A stretch of DNA of 64,000 nt. Source: Gammaproteobacteria bacterium. GTDB lineage: Bacteria > Pseudomonadota > Gammaproteobacteria > SZUA-229. Where the stretch lies: positions 471-64,470 of the forward strand of contig DATCTK010000022.1 of NCBI GenBank assembly GCA_036567985.1, written 5' to 3'. The position numbers were made by a program, and so were the translations under genes. How positions within the stretch are numbered: the first letter of the stretch is position 1; each line of letters begins with the position of its first letter. The notes under the pieces were generated by a model. That model had not been told where the DNA came from. It was given only the letters and a program-made list of their open reading frames with translations, and searched no databases. Of this stretch, positions 9,481 through 18,504 are shown piece after piece.

Positions 9481-9913
9481 TCAACTCAACTCCATGCCGA
9501 TCAGCCATCGACTTTAATGCCTCAATGCAGTTGTTTAAATCATTCGGGTTCGCCCACTGCAGCTTGTCGCTTTTCATCACGCTTTGACAGAAAGCCTGCA
9601 TGGCTTCTTCACTTCTGTTGTTAACCACGCCTGCATCCGCCAGTGTGCACCACAGGGCGGTTATCTTTTTAATGCGTGGCTGGCGCCAGTTGCTGGTGCT
9701 TAAGGCAGACTTGCGCACGGGGGTGAAGCCCAGCTTTTTCATGTCTTCAACCGCTGCCACCAGCTCACCGGTGGTCATTGTGGTGGCAGATATCCGGCCG
9801 TTCTTCCTGGTTGCACCGTGCGCCTCCAGGAAGTAACGGTAGGTGTCGTCATCCATATTCAGTTGCTGCTTACCCACCCGCAGCAGGGTGTAGTATTTAT
9901 TTGCATGGCTCAT
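9473..9913 (-). CDS. GemA/gp16-like regulatory protein (DUF1018-like)
   Basis: 146 aa. Position and size match Mu gp16 (GemA) upstream of Mor; RQPRIKKITALWCTLADAG is reminiscent of DUF1018. Confidence 0.45.
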   Translation of the reverse strand: MSHANKYYTLLRVGKQQLNMDDDTYRYFLEAHGATRKNGRISATTMTTGELVAAVEDMKKLGFTPVRKSALSTSNWRQPRIKKITALWCTLADAGVVNNRSEEAMQAFCQSVMKSDKLQWANPNDLNNCIEALKSMADRHGVELNG

Positions 9914-9915
9914 GG

Positions 9916-10293
9916 CTAGGCCCCATTAACCCATCGTTTGTGCAGCTGATCGAAGTCGTTAATCAGATCCTGTACACCGCTCAGATTCGACCCAGCTTCT
10001 TTGGCTTCATCCATCAGCTCCTGCAGTTCCTGTGACATGCGGCAGCCCACTTCCATAGCCTGATCTAGCGTCAATGCAACTACCTTATCTAGGCGATTCT
10101 GTATAAGGCGCTCCAACTCATCATATTCAGCCGAACCAGCGTAAAACACATGGGCTTGCAATGTTTGCCCATGCATTAAAGGATCGGGGTTGATTACATG
10201 ATGGTGAGGGTATGTATTCAGATCACTTAAATAATTGATACCACCGAGTAAATCTGGCCGTTTCAGTACAAGATATGAATTATTGTTTATCAT
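9916..10293 (-). CDS. Hypothetical early-region protein
   Basis: Start taken at the internal Met (MINNNSYLV) preceded by GGAAG. The longer track ORF would overlap the DUF3164 gene. Confidence 0.4.
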   Translation of the reverse strand: MINNNSYLVLKRPDLLGGINYLSDLNTYPHHHVINPDPLMHGQTLQAHVFYAGSAEYDELERLIQNRLDKVVALTLDQAMEVGCRMSQELQELMDEAKEAGSNLSGVQDLINDFDQLHKRWVNGA

Positions 10294-10303
10294 GATATGC
10301 TTC

Positions 10304-10936
10304 CTACACCGATGCCAGATCCAGTGACACCGGTTGATAGTTGCCCTCGGCATCGCGCTCATAAATACGCACGTAGCTTTTACGGCTGGCCACCTGAATT
10401 GAATCATTAATGGCCTGCATGGCTTTCAACCACTTCTCATCGGTGATATCCAGGCGCTTAAGCCCCAGCACACGATCGCGTGAAATATTGCCCTGTGAGT
10501 CCACCTGAAAGGCGTGCTGCACCAGTGCTTTAATATTGGCATTGGAGCCTTTCGACCAGTCCAGTATGCATTCATCAATCAGCGATTTAGCCACCTGAAT
10601 ACGCTCATCAAACACCAGCTGCTCACTGAATGCGCGCATGACTTTAAACTGCCCATCGTAGCTGTACAGTGTGATATTGCCTTTCTTGCCACCCACTGTC
10701 GCATCATAGGTATCTGCAGAGTGTTGAATAAAAGCATCGATCTGCTGCTGTACATCCCTCTTAAACTCAGCCAGTGGGTCACGCAACTTTTGTGCCCTGG
10801 CTGCAATGCCGCGTACCAGTTTGTCACGGTCCAGGTCGATTTCTGCCACCTTGCTTTTGGGCACAAGGTGTCCCTCTGCATTCATCAGGTAGCCTTTGGG
10901 TATTACCATTTCGTTTTGTTCTGCTGAATCGTTCAT
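10304..10936 (-). CDS. DUF3164-like Mu early-region protein
   Basis: 210 aa. N-terminus MVIPKGYLMNAEGHLVPKSKV is typical of the DUF3164 family that follows transposase B in Mu-like phages. Confidence 0.5.
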   Translation of the reverse strand: MNDSAEQNEMVIPKGYLMNAEGHLVPKSKVAEIDLDRDKLVRGIAARAQKLRDPLAEFKRDVQQQIDAFIQHSADTYDATVGGKKGNITLYSYDGQFKVMRAFSEQLVFDERIQVAKSLIDECILDWSKGSNANIKALVQHAFQVDSQGNISRDRVLGLKRLDITDEKWLKAMQAINDSIQVASRKSYVRIYERDAEGNYQPVSLDLASV

Positions 10937-10965
10937 GTCTATCTCACTTTAAAGTTGGTTTAAAA

Positions 10966-11511
10966 TTACTTTGCAGGCTTTTTAATGCCTAATATACTCA
11001 GTGCCTCGCCACGCGCCTGTTCAGATACTTCTGACGATATCAACGTGCTCGCAGCCACGGGCTTTTTCTCGCTGCCGTCCCTCGCTTTGTTTCTAAGCTG
11101 CTCATCCTTTTTCAGCTCTGCCTGGTTTAGTTGCTGCTCTGCCTGGTTAGCCAGCATGCCCAGCAAATAGCCATTGCCTTTGAGTGGCAACACCAGTGAC
11201 TCGGGCCGGGTGTCCACCAGGTAGGTCATCGCCCTGGCAAACTTCACCGCAGGCACACTGTAGGTGTTGCTGTTGCGGGTAATTTCTGCGGCCTTTATCA
11301 TTGGTGTCAGCTCCTTAACAATGCGTATCATCTTCAGGGTGCGCACCTTGTGCTTGCCCCTGAATAGCGACAGGTATTGCCATAGTGGACGGTGCACGAC
11401 CTCAGGCAGGGCCATAATCATCACCACCAGGTCACGCCAGTCGTCATCATTGCGCGCCATGTTCAGATCGAACTCGGCACCGCATTTCGGGCAGGTAATA
11501 TCTAGTGACAT
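10966..11511 (-). CDS. Hypothetical zinc-ribbon protein (early region)
   Basis: 181 aa. N-terminal CPKCGAEF...; Lys/Glu-rich C-terminus. Confidence 0.4.
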   Translation of the reverse strand: MSLDITCPKCGAEFDLNMARNDDDWRDLVVMIMALPEVVHRPLWQYLSLFRGKHKVRTLKMIRIVKELTPMIKAAEITRNSNTYSVPAVKFARAMTYLVDTRPESLVLPLKGNGYLLGMLANQAEQQLNQAELKKDEQLRNKARDGSEKKPVAASTLISSEVSEQARGEALSILGIKKPAK

Positions 11512-11819
11512 GGTGGGCTTATCCGTTCCATCAGTAACGACATCATCAGGCTGTTATTGTCACGGCCATCAATGTAATCGCCATATTGCAGCCCACCCAG
11601 CGGCAGCTCTTTAACAGGTAAGGCGTTGCGCTGAATGCGATCGTGCACATGCTGCGTTAAATTAATGATGTGAATATACTGGTCAGGGTTTCGAATAAAT
11701 TCGTCAAACCGCACACCACGATCAATTAAATTATGCCGCTGGTTCAGCGTGGCATATAAATCCGCCACTGCATTCAGGTACTCATCACTGTAAGTTTCTA
11801 TGGTTGCCTGGTGCATCAC
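11502..11819 (-). CDS. Hypothetical early-region protein
   Basis: 105-aa ORF whose start overlaps the B-gene stop; no recognisable motifs. Confidence 0.35.
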   Translation of the reverse strand: MMHQATIETYSDEYLNAVADLYATLNQRHNLIDRGVRFDEFIRNPDQYIHIINLTQHVHDRIQRNALPVKELPLGGLQYGDYIDGRDNNSLMMSLLMERISPPCH

Positions 11820-12898
11820 TTTCTCCTTTTAATCGGGCGTTCAAAGCCCAGCAGTTGCTCACCCACCTGGTAAATCATATTCGCCGTTAGTTCCTTGCCC
11901 TTACGCAGGCCATAATCACGCACGCCAGTGATTAAGCTGTGTGCGAGTACACGTGCGGACCCGTCGCACATTTCATATAAGGCACGGTGGATATCCGGGG
12001 TCAGTTCGGCTTCGTCCATCAGCGCCGCTTCAACGATGGCTTTGGCATCTTTATCGGTAATGCCACGAATCACCGGTGGCCAGTAGAGAATGCGTGACGA
12101 TATCTGCCCAAAGCGTCCGCGTGGGTCGCGAATCATCGGCTGCAGCATTTCCGTACCTGACAGCACCACGCCCACCTTGGCGATATCCGATATGCGACGA
12201 ATGTATTCAAGCGTTTGCGTGTTTGTCTTTTCCGCCTCATCCAGAATGATCAGTTTGTCGCTGCCCGTTAAAGTTGCGATGATGGCTTCCATCATGTCGC
12301 TCTTGGTGCCACGTGCCCACTTGTGGCTTTTGTGAACGATGGCATTGGTTTTTTCCACCAGCTCGCGCAGCAAAACGGTGGCATTCATGTCGGGCGTAGC
12401 CTCAACCAATACCGTATTGGGGTGCAGCTCGGCATAACGCTTCAGTGACTTGGTTTTACCGGTACCTACAAAGGCACTGACAACTGAGAAGCTGCGGTAT
12501 TTATGTGCACGTTTACAGGCAGCATTCACTGCGACATAAATAGAGGTTTCAACAAACGGGTTATCACCAATCTTTTCGTTTTCCCGCTCACTCTGACGTT
12601 CTATTGCATCAATCACCTTATTCAGGCGATCGGTGGGTGAGCTGGGATACTTGCCTCGAATAATCGCATTGAGCGTGGTCTGGCCCTGTGAGGATGCGCG
12701 GGCAAGCTTTGTTTGCGAGCGCTTATTGTCGTGCTCATGCTCCTGGCCTTCGTTCAGCCAGTTCACAATTTGTATTACCTTGCGTTTGTCGTCTTCGGTA
12801 TACGCATCGGTGTAAGCCTCGGGTAGTTCAGCAATGCATTGTGTGAACGTGTTCGGTGAACTCATAGTTATATGTCTCTCATGGCTGTTGTTATTCAA
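11816..12898 (-). CDS. Mu B-like AAA+ DNA transposition ATPase (target-DNA activator)
   Basis: 360 aa. Walker A VGTGKTKS and Walker B IILDEAE. Immediately downstream of transposase A. Confidence 0.85.
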   Translation of the reverse strand: MNNNSHERHITMSSPNTFTQCIAELPEAYTDAYTEDDKRKVIQIVNWLNEGQEHEHDNKRSQTKLARASSQGQTTLNAIIRGKYPSSPTDRLNKVIDAIERQSERENEKIGDNPFVETSIYVAVNAACKRAHKYRSFSVVSAFVGTGKTKSLKRYAELHPNTVLVEATPDMNATVLLRELVEKTNAIVHKSHKWARGTKSDMMEAIIATLTGSDKLIILDEAEKTNTQTLEYIRRISDIAKVGVVLSGTEMLQPMIRDPRGRFGQISSRILYWPPVIRGITDKDAKAIVEAALMDEAELTPDIHRALYEMCDGSARVLAHSLITGVRDYGLRKGKELTANMIYQVGEQLLGFERPIKRRK

Positions 12899-14560
12899 TT
12901 AGTCGTAACTGGTATCAAAAATATCAATACTGCAATCTTCGGTGTTTAATTCATCCATATCCTCCATTGTGTTGAATAAGGGTTCACTCTCATGCTGCTC
13001 CAGCCCTGCTGGCAGGTTGTCTGAATCCAGCTCATGTGAGATAGCCTCGTGGTCCACAAGCAGTTTTGCCTGGGCGCGTTTTTCATCAGCGTGCTTTTCA
13101 AGGCGTTTTATTTGACCTTTCAGTCTGTTCTGCTGCATGTCTTCCATGCGACTTTCACTTACATAAGCCGTGCGCTGTGTGATTTCCGCATCGCAAATCA
13201 GGCGTTCATCTTTAGTGAGTACTCGCACCATTGAATCGTTATGCAAATCGTATTCAACATGTACCTGCTGTGTGTTAAAACGAATTAACTCGGGGTGACG
13301 GTATTCACGGTTGAATAATGTAATGGAGCCACGTCGAATGGTGCGCTCAATGCGTGGGCGCACAATAGCCTCAGATGTCATGTGCACTGGCACACGCTCC
13401 AGCTGTTTCCACAGGCTGGCTGGTGTTGCACCGTTAAGTGCCTTGTGAGGCCGGTTGTTGTAGAAGTTGATAAATTCTTTCAGGCCGTCCAGGTAGGTTT
13501 GCAAACTGGGCAGTGGCTTTTTCCCTGACTTTGCATCGGTCAATACTTTTTTAATGGAATCCTGTGCCATATCGTGGCCGCAATATGAATGAAAGGTTTT
13601 ATCGAACTTGTCGCGCAGTGTTCTAAACCAGCGTTCCACCTGACCTTTACCCTTCGGGTTGCCGGGTATTGAGAACATCACGTTCAAATCAAAACGTGAA
13701 TAAAAGCCGGTCGATTCATCATGCATCATCTTGCTGCGAAAGCCCGAACCATTGTCAATGTGCAATGCGGCTGGCACATGATCATGGCTGATTAATGCAT
13801 GGCTTAATGAAAACAGTGTGGAATAACTCGATTCTGCAACGCTCATATACCAGCCCGCAATGTATCGACTGCGCACATCAATCCATACCGTGAGTTCTGG
13901 CCGCCATGGGTTACCAGTTAGTGGGTGTGCCAGGTACGCATCAATGGTGTGACCATCGCCCTGGTAAATACCGCCCACCGGAATGCACTCTGTGTCACGT
14001 ACCCGTGAAGGGGTTTGCGTGTCATGATATAACTTGCTGCCCATGCGGCGCTTCTCACGCACATCATGTGGCAGGCTTTTTATAAAGCGGCTTACCCGGC
14101 TATAGGTTGCATCGCTAAAACCTTCCTGTTGCAGCAGCTCGGCCACGGTGGACATCGCCAGCTTTTGTGGTTGCTGGTACCAGTACAATGCACGAGCCTC
14201 CCAGCTGCCCAGCTTCCGCTGACGGCCTTTATGCGCAGACACCAGCCCATTCACACCATCTTCACTGTACGCCTTTACCCAGCGAGCAACCGTGGGGTGG
14301 CTGGGTGGTTTACCTTTACTGCCCAGGTCATCCGCTAACTTCTGCAACTCATCTGATGCGGCCTGGCACTTGATAGATACCAGCAGGTTTTCAATGGCGG
14401 CTCTTTGCGACACCCCGCGCTGTATATCATTTAATATTGGCTGTATAAATTGCTCACGTGTGCGTGCAAGTCTTCGCTTTGCCTGGGGCAACTTATCAAA
14501 CTCTGTTGTCAGTTGATCAGGCACAATGCCGTACTCTGGTCTGATGGCGACAACATTCAT
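12899..14560 (-). CDS. DDE transposase, Mu A / rve integrase-core family
   Basis: 553 aa. Integrase core with WIDVRSRYIAGWY ... HIDNGSGFRS ... catalytic pattern; N-terminal HTH/winged-helix region. Paired with the B ATPase. Confidence 0.9.
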   Translation of the reverse strand: MNVVAIRPEYGIVPDQLTTEFDKLPQAKRRLARTREQFIQPILNDIQRGVSQRAAIENLLVSIKCQAASDELQKLADDLGSKGKPPSHPTVARWVKAYSEDGVNGLVSAHKGRQRKLGSWEARALYWYQQPQKLAMSTVAELLQQEGFSDATYSRVSRFIKSLPHDVREKRRMGSKLYHDTQTPSRVRDTECIPVGGIYQGDGHTIDAYLAHPLTGNPWRPELTVWIDVRSRYIAGWYMSVAESSYSTLFSLSHALISHDHVPAALHIDNGSGFRSKMMHDESTGFYSRFDLNVMFSIPGNPKGKGQVERWFRTLRDKFDKTFHSYCGHDMAQDSIKKVLTDAKSGKKPLPSLQTYLDGLKEFINFYNNRPHKALNGATPASLWKQLERVPVHMTSEAIVRPRIERTIRRGSITLFNREYRHPELIRFNTQQVHVEYDLHNDSMVRVLTKDERLICDAEITQRTAYVSESRMEDMQQNRLKGQIKRLEKHADEKRAQAKLLVDHEAISHELDSDNLPAGLEQHESEPLFNTMEDMDELNTEDCSIDIFDTSYD

Positions 14561-15576
14561 TTGCCACCACCTTTAGCTGGTCGTCCACGGCCTCGTGGCT
14601 TCTGCATATCTCGCTGGTTTTTCCGAATTACCGCTTCATGCGTATGCTGCTCTATCAACAGTTCGCGTTCATTAACGGCTGCAGTGATTTCATTTGGCTC
14701 AAGATAATAGGCAGGCGATACCGGACCGGTAACTTCCTCAGGCAAGGTGTCATCGAGCTCCTTTAAAAACTTTTCTGAGCGTGCAATGACACCGCGCAGG
14801 TTGTGATACAAACTGGTGGCAGCTATGTTCCAGTTGCGCGCGTGTTCGGTGTCGTTGCCTTTCAGGCGGCCCAGGTCTTCCAGCTGCTGATACATCTTCT
14901 CCATATCATCGAAACACAATGATGCTTTATCCATCAGTGCGGTTGACTCATGGCGAATGGTTTCAACAAATTCCGGGTAGGTGCTGTTCCGCTGCTTGTT
15001 GCTGAGCTGCTTTTTGAGTTCGGTGTTCTCAATCGTTGCGGTTTCTAGCCGCTTGTCCAGGGTATTGAGTTTCTTTTCCAGTTCCGATTCCGGGCGGCTT
15101 TCCTTGATGCGGCTTTGTAATTCACGAAGGGGTTCGGTTTGTGCATCTTCAATGGTGATGCCGCGCACCATGGCGCCCTCGAAAAACTGGCCCAGTTCGT
15201 CATCAGTCCATGAACACATTAGCTCCAACTTGCTCGCTTCTATTACAGCGAGTGCGGGCCATACGTTAGCCGGTGTGCGGCAGGCAAGGCTGTACAGGCT
15301 GATGCTTTTGCTGGCAGTGCGTGGCGCTATGGTTTCTTTTGCTAAACCGGCCAAATAATTACCGTGACCTAGCTCCTCTTTCAGGCCATATAGGGCATAG
15401 CCCTGATACAGCTTACCCGCCAGCGCCAGTTTTCCGCCCTGACCTGCAGCATTGAAACGTTTGGCCGGTGTGAGGTTAGGTATGTCCTTCACGGGCACGA
15501 GTTGTATCTTGTTAATGAAATCCGCTATGTGCCTGGGTGGCGTTGTCAGTTCTTTGTTGCTCATCGTAAACCCCAT
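14557..15576 (-). CDS. Hypothetical protein with C-terminal AT-hook (possibly DUF3102-like)
   Basis: 339 aa. Central coiled coil. C-terminal KPRGRGRPAKGGGK AT-hook. HGNYLAGL resembles the DUF3102 core. Overlaps the transposase start by 4 bp. Confidence 0.4.
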   Translation of the reverse strand: MGFTMSNKELTTPPRHIADFINKIQLVPVKDIPNLTPAKRFNAAGQGGKLALAGKLYQGYALYGLKEELGHGNYLAGLAKETIAPRTASKSISLYSLACRTPANVWPALAVIEASKLELMCSWTDDELGQFFEGAMVRGITIEDAQTEPLRELQSRIKESRPESELEKKLNTLDKRLETATIENTELKKQLSNKQRNSTYPEFVETIRHESTALMDKASLCFDDMEKMYQQLEDLGRLKGNDTEHARNWNIAATSLYHNLRGVIARSEKFLKELDDTLPEEVTGPVSPAYYLEPNEITAAVNERELLIEQHTHEAVIRKNQRDMQKPRGRGRPAKGGGK

Positions 15577-15757
15577 AATTAAAAAGTAAGACAGTTGTCT
15601 AAATCGGCATGCGCAGGCCGATTTGAATTAAAACCAGATAGAAACTTCAAGCCAGAAACCAGCCAGCAGTGCCAGCACAGCCCAGACCCTCCAGTTGATT
15701 CGTGAATAGTTAATGGGTGGTAGTGGTGGTACGTGTTTCATTGTTCTCAATCCTTCT

Positions 15758-16249
15758 TTAAATGCCCGTGTTACGGGGGTGTAATATCTGTTCAAGCCGC
15801 TTGATATCGCGCCGGGCTTTTGCCTGGTCCAGCAGCTTGCTGCCCAGCTCGGCCACCAGCTGGTCGCGGCCATCAACCAGGTCGTAACCAAGTGGTTGTA
15901 CTAATGCCAGCAACGGCACCAGCGACTGGGTGGCCCAGCAAAACGCTGGCAGGTAGCGGGCTGGCATGTTGTGGTATTCCTTGCTGTGGGCTGTCCAGGC
16001 ATTGAGCTGTCGCAGGGTTATCTGCTCTCGCGTGTCCGCTTCTGGCAGGCACATGTTCATGCGCTCCACGATGCGTTCACGGCTATACCCCAGCTGGCGG
16101 GCTTCACGGATCGCATGCTTGGTGGCCGCCATCAGCTCCAGGTTAATGTCCAGATCCTGTGCATCACGGGCCTCCAGTGCGGTGGTTTCGGCCAGTTGCT
16201 GGAACATATCGGGCTGAATACTGGTAAAAGGTTTTGTGCTTTTAGCCAT
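15758..16249 (-). CDS. Hypothetical early protein
   Basis: 163-aa ORF in the ner-to-A gene chain; no recognisable motifs. Confidence 0.4.
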   Translation of the reverse strand: MAKSTKPFTSIQPDMFQQLAETTALEARDAQDLDINLELMAATKHAIREARQLGYSRERIVERMNMCLPEADTREQITLRQLNAWTAHSKEYHNMPARYLPAFCWATQSLVPLLALVQPLGYDLVDGRDQLVAELGSKLLDQAKARRDIKRLEQILHPRNTGI

Positions 16250-16799
16250 TAACCGGATCCTCGGCGGGTGTTAGGCTGGTGTCGTCGTTAGCATTTGCCT
16301 GACGTGCCTTTTTAGATAATGGGCGGTGCGGCCACAGTGGGCAGCCGAAGTAACTACCGGGCTGGTTAAGCTTTCTATCTAATGGGAACACGTTGTTGCA
16401 GTTGTCTATAAACTGGCGGTTGTTGCCCGTGCATTCGGCGCACTTGGCATTAACCGCTTTGCGGCGTGATTTAGGCTGGTTCACCACGGCCAGTTCAGTT
16501 TTTGAGCTGTAGTCAGCCAGTGCAGCCTGACGCTGTGCCTGGCCGTAATCGTCTGCAACCATGTGTTGCCAGGGCCGCAGGCTCCATAACGGGCAAGCCC
16601 AGGCGGTGCATTGCGCCACTTCTTTGCGAGGGTTGGCATCAGAACCAGCGCCCACGCATTCATAGCAGGTGGCCTTAATGGCATTGGTCAGTGAGGTCGG
16701 TGTGCGGATTGAGCGTTGAACTGGGTTGAGCTTTTCAAGTTCTCCGGTTTGACGCAGCTCCTGTTGGGCAAGCCTGGCTTTTTCGAGTGGATTGGTCAT
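16242..16799 (-). CDS. Hypothetical protein with duplicated Cys motif
   Basis: 185 aa. Two copies of C-x2-C...C...CPLW(x)RP(W) (CYECVG...CPLWSLRPW and CAECTG...CPLWPHRP). Confidence 0.45.
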   Translation of the reverse strand: MTNPLEKARLAQQELRQTGELEKLNPVQRSIRTPTSLTNAIKATCYECVGAGSDANPRKEVAQCTAWACPLWSLRPWQHMVADDYGQAQRQAALADYSSKTELAVVNQPKSRRKAVNAKCAECTGNNRQFIDNCNNVFPLDRKLNQPGSYFGCPLWPHRPLSKKARQANANDDTSLTPAEDPVNG

Positions 16800-17029
16800 G
16801 CCGCTGACCTCCGGCCGCGCCTGGGTGGCTGGCTATAGCGGCCGTCGGGAAACAGCCGGTTCAGCGGTATATTGGTGACTGCTGCGATGTGGCTGGCGAT
16901 GTTGTAAGATGCAATCTGGCCGCGAATGGTCTGGCTTACAGCATTGTGCTGTACGCCCAGTGCCTTCGCTGCCTGGCCAGGGGATGACCCGGCCTTATAT
17001 AAAGCGGCATTAATGTCTGCCCAGTGCAT
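16796..17029 (-). CDS. ner: Ner-like DNA-binding protein
   Basis: 77 aa. HTH region AAKALGVQHNAVSQTIRG... typical of Mu Ner/Nlp. Divergent from the repressor gene. Confidence 0.75.
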   Translation of the reverse strand: MHWADINAALYKAGSSPGQAAKALGVQHNAVSQTIRGQIASYNIASHIAAVTNIPLNRLFPDGRYSQPPRRGRRSAA

Positions 17030-17164
17030 GATGTGCTCCTTTATAACTAGGTGGCGACCTGGCGGGGTCGCCGTTTTTTGGTTTGATTAGATGCCTTTTG
17101 GCATGATGTGAGATGAATATAGCCTCCATACGGAGGCTTTGTCAAGCATCAATAAGGGGGCTTT
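17030..17164. promoter_or_regulatory. Divergent early/repressor control region with operator-like palindromes
   Basis: Contains the hairpin GGCGACCTGGCGGGGTCGCC followed by TTTTTT (17063-17091), and the palindromes ATGCCTTTTGGCAT and AGCCTCCATACGGAGGCT, between ner and the XRE repressor. Confidence 0.5.
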
Positions 17165-17503
17165 TTGAAAAAAGCTGAACAAGGCTCTATTGGTGAGCGT
17201 TTACGTGATTTGCGTGCTGGTATGAGCCAGAAAGAATTTGCGGAGCTGTTAGCTATCGGTCGAGCAACACTTCAGCGTTATGAAGGTAATGAGCGAAATC
17301 CAGACGCTGAACTAATAATCAAGCTTAACGTGCTGTTTGGTGCAGATCCTCTGTGGTTGCTTACAGGTAAAGAACCAGACACAGGTGGGCCAGCACTCAC
17401 CGCAAAAGAACAGCAGTTGCTGAAGGGTTACAGGCAACTGGATAATGAGAGAAGAGCGGCTATTGATGGTATGGTGCAGGCGCTGGTAAAACAGGGTAAA
17501 TAA
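17165..17503 (+). CDS. XRE-family HTH repressor (phage c/cI-like immunity repressor, no peptidase domain)
   Basis: 112 aa. HTH MSQKEFAELLAIGRATLQRYEGNER. Divergently transcribed from ner, as in Mu-like phages. Confidence 0.8.
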   Translation: MKKAEQGSIGERLRDLRAGMSQKEFAELLAIGRATLQRYEGNERNPDAELIIKLNVLFGADPLWLLTGKEPDTGGPALTAKEQQLLKGYRQLDNERRAAIDGMVQALVKQGK

Positions 17504-17507
17504 TGCA

Positions 17508-18311
17508 GTGAATTGTTTTTATGAACCAGGGTTGCCATATCCACATGTTTATTATCCTGAGCTATATGGCGTTTTTATTGGTTTTGCGAAGATACCAGGC
17601 GGTAGCATCTATTTATGCAGTTGCCATAAGTTTGCACTTTCCAGATATATAGCAAATCGTTATACCGCTAAGACATGTCTTAAAGGCCGATGGTGTGTAG
17701 TAGAAGAACAAGATTTTCCCCCGGCACTGATTGACCAATTACACACTAAAGCCGGAATGTCAGCATATGAGTTATTGCATACATTCAAATTTGCACTGCA
17801 TATTTGCCACCGCTGCAACCAGACGCAGCCACTAAATATTTATTGTCTTGCTATGTATGGTAATTTATTCAAGCAGCATTTCGGCTGGTATGTAAAAACC
17901 CACATGCTTTCATTTGGTAATGATGAAAAAAGTGCCGAGCTGAATGTCAGGGCTGCTTTTGGATTTCCGGCAACGGGCAAGCCGCATGTAACTGAAAAGA
18001 TTCTCATGGGTTACATCAAAACCATATACCCGAATAATATTGTCGAATATAGAGTAAGGCTAAAAGAGCTGGAAGGCATGGAGCTCGATATATATTTGCC
18101 TGAATTGAGGCTTGGAATTGAATACCAGGGAAAACAGCATTACAAACCAGTAGGACATTGGGGTGGTGAAGAAGCATTACGCGAGACAAAAATCAGAGAC
18201 CGCCGCAAGAAGCGATTATGCAAACAGCATGGCATTAAATTTGTTACATTTAATTACAGGCAAAAGCTTTCAATTGATTATGTAGAAGACAAACTGAGAA
18301 AGGAGAAATAA
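17508..18311 (+). CDS. Zinc-finger protein with C-terminal DUF559/Vsr-like PD-(D/E)xK endonuclease domain (candidate defence/exclusion nuclease)
   Basis: 267 aa with a GTG start 4 nt after the repressor stop. N-terminal Cys pairs (CSCH, CLKGRWC, CHRCN). C-terminal ELDIYLPELRLGIEYQGKQHY...RDRRKKRLCKQHGIKFVTFNY matches the DUF559 pattern (D..E.K core; RDxxR...G..V.RF). Strongly AT-rich compared with the flanking phage DNA. Confidence 0.6.
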   Translation: MNCFYEPGLPYPHVYYPELYGVFIGFAKIPGGSIYLCSCHKFALSRYIANRYTAKTCLKGRWCVVEEQDFPPALIDQLHTKAGMSAYELLHTFKFALHICHRCNQTQPLNIYCLAMYGNLFKQHFGWYVKTHMLSFGNDEKSAELNVRAAFGFPATGKPHVTEKILMGYIKTIYPNNIVEYRVRLKELEGMELDIYLPELRLGIEYQGKQHYKPVGHWGGEEALRETKIRDRRKKRLCKQHGIKFVTFNYRQKLSIDYVEDKLRKEK

Positions 18312-18312
18312 A

Positions 18313-18504
18313 ATGCCAATCTTTTTATTTATATGTGCGGTACTGGTGCTCCTCTGGAGCATGTTGATGTATATGGGGTCGACAACCGCGTTCCATGAGA
18401 TACAGGCCAGCATTATTTTCATGACGTCTGCACTGTTGTTTACAGGTGCCGCCATTATCGAGGCCGTAAATAAGTTGCAAAACAGTATCAAACAAAAGGG
18501 CTAA
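18313..18504 (+). CDS. Small two-TM membrane protein, co-operonic with the nuclease
   Basis: 63 aa with strong RBS AAGGAGAAATAAAATG. Two hydrophobic helices (IFLFICAVLVLLWSMLMYM; IIFMTSALLFTGAAII). Confidence 0.55.
   Translation: MPIFLFICAVLVLLWSMLMYMGSTTAFHEIQASIIFMTSALLFTGAAIIEAVNKLQNSIKQKG

Noticed and set aside
15628-15891. 87-aa minus-strand ORF
   Set aside because: Mostly overlaps the 15758..16249 gene in another frame. Only the last ~37 codons (MKHVPPLPPINYSRINWRVWAVLALLAGFWLEVSIWF) could be a small membrane peptide; too uncertain to call.
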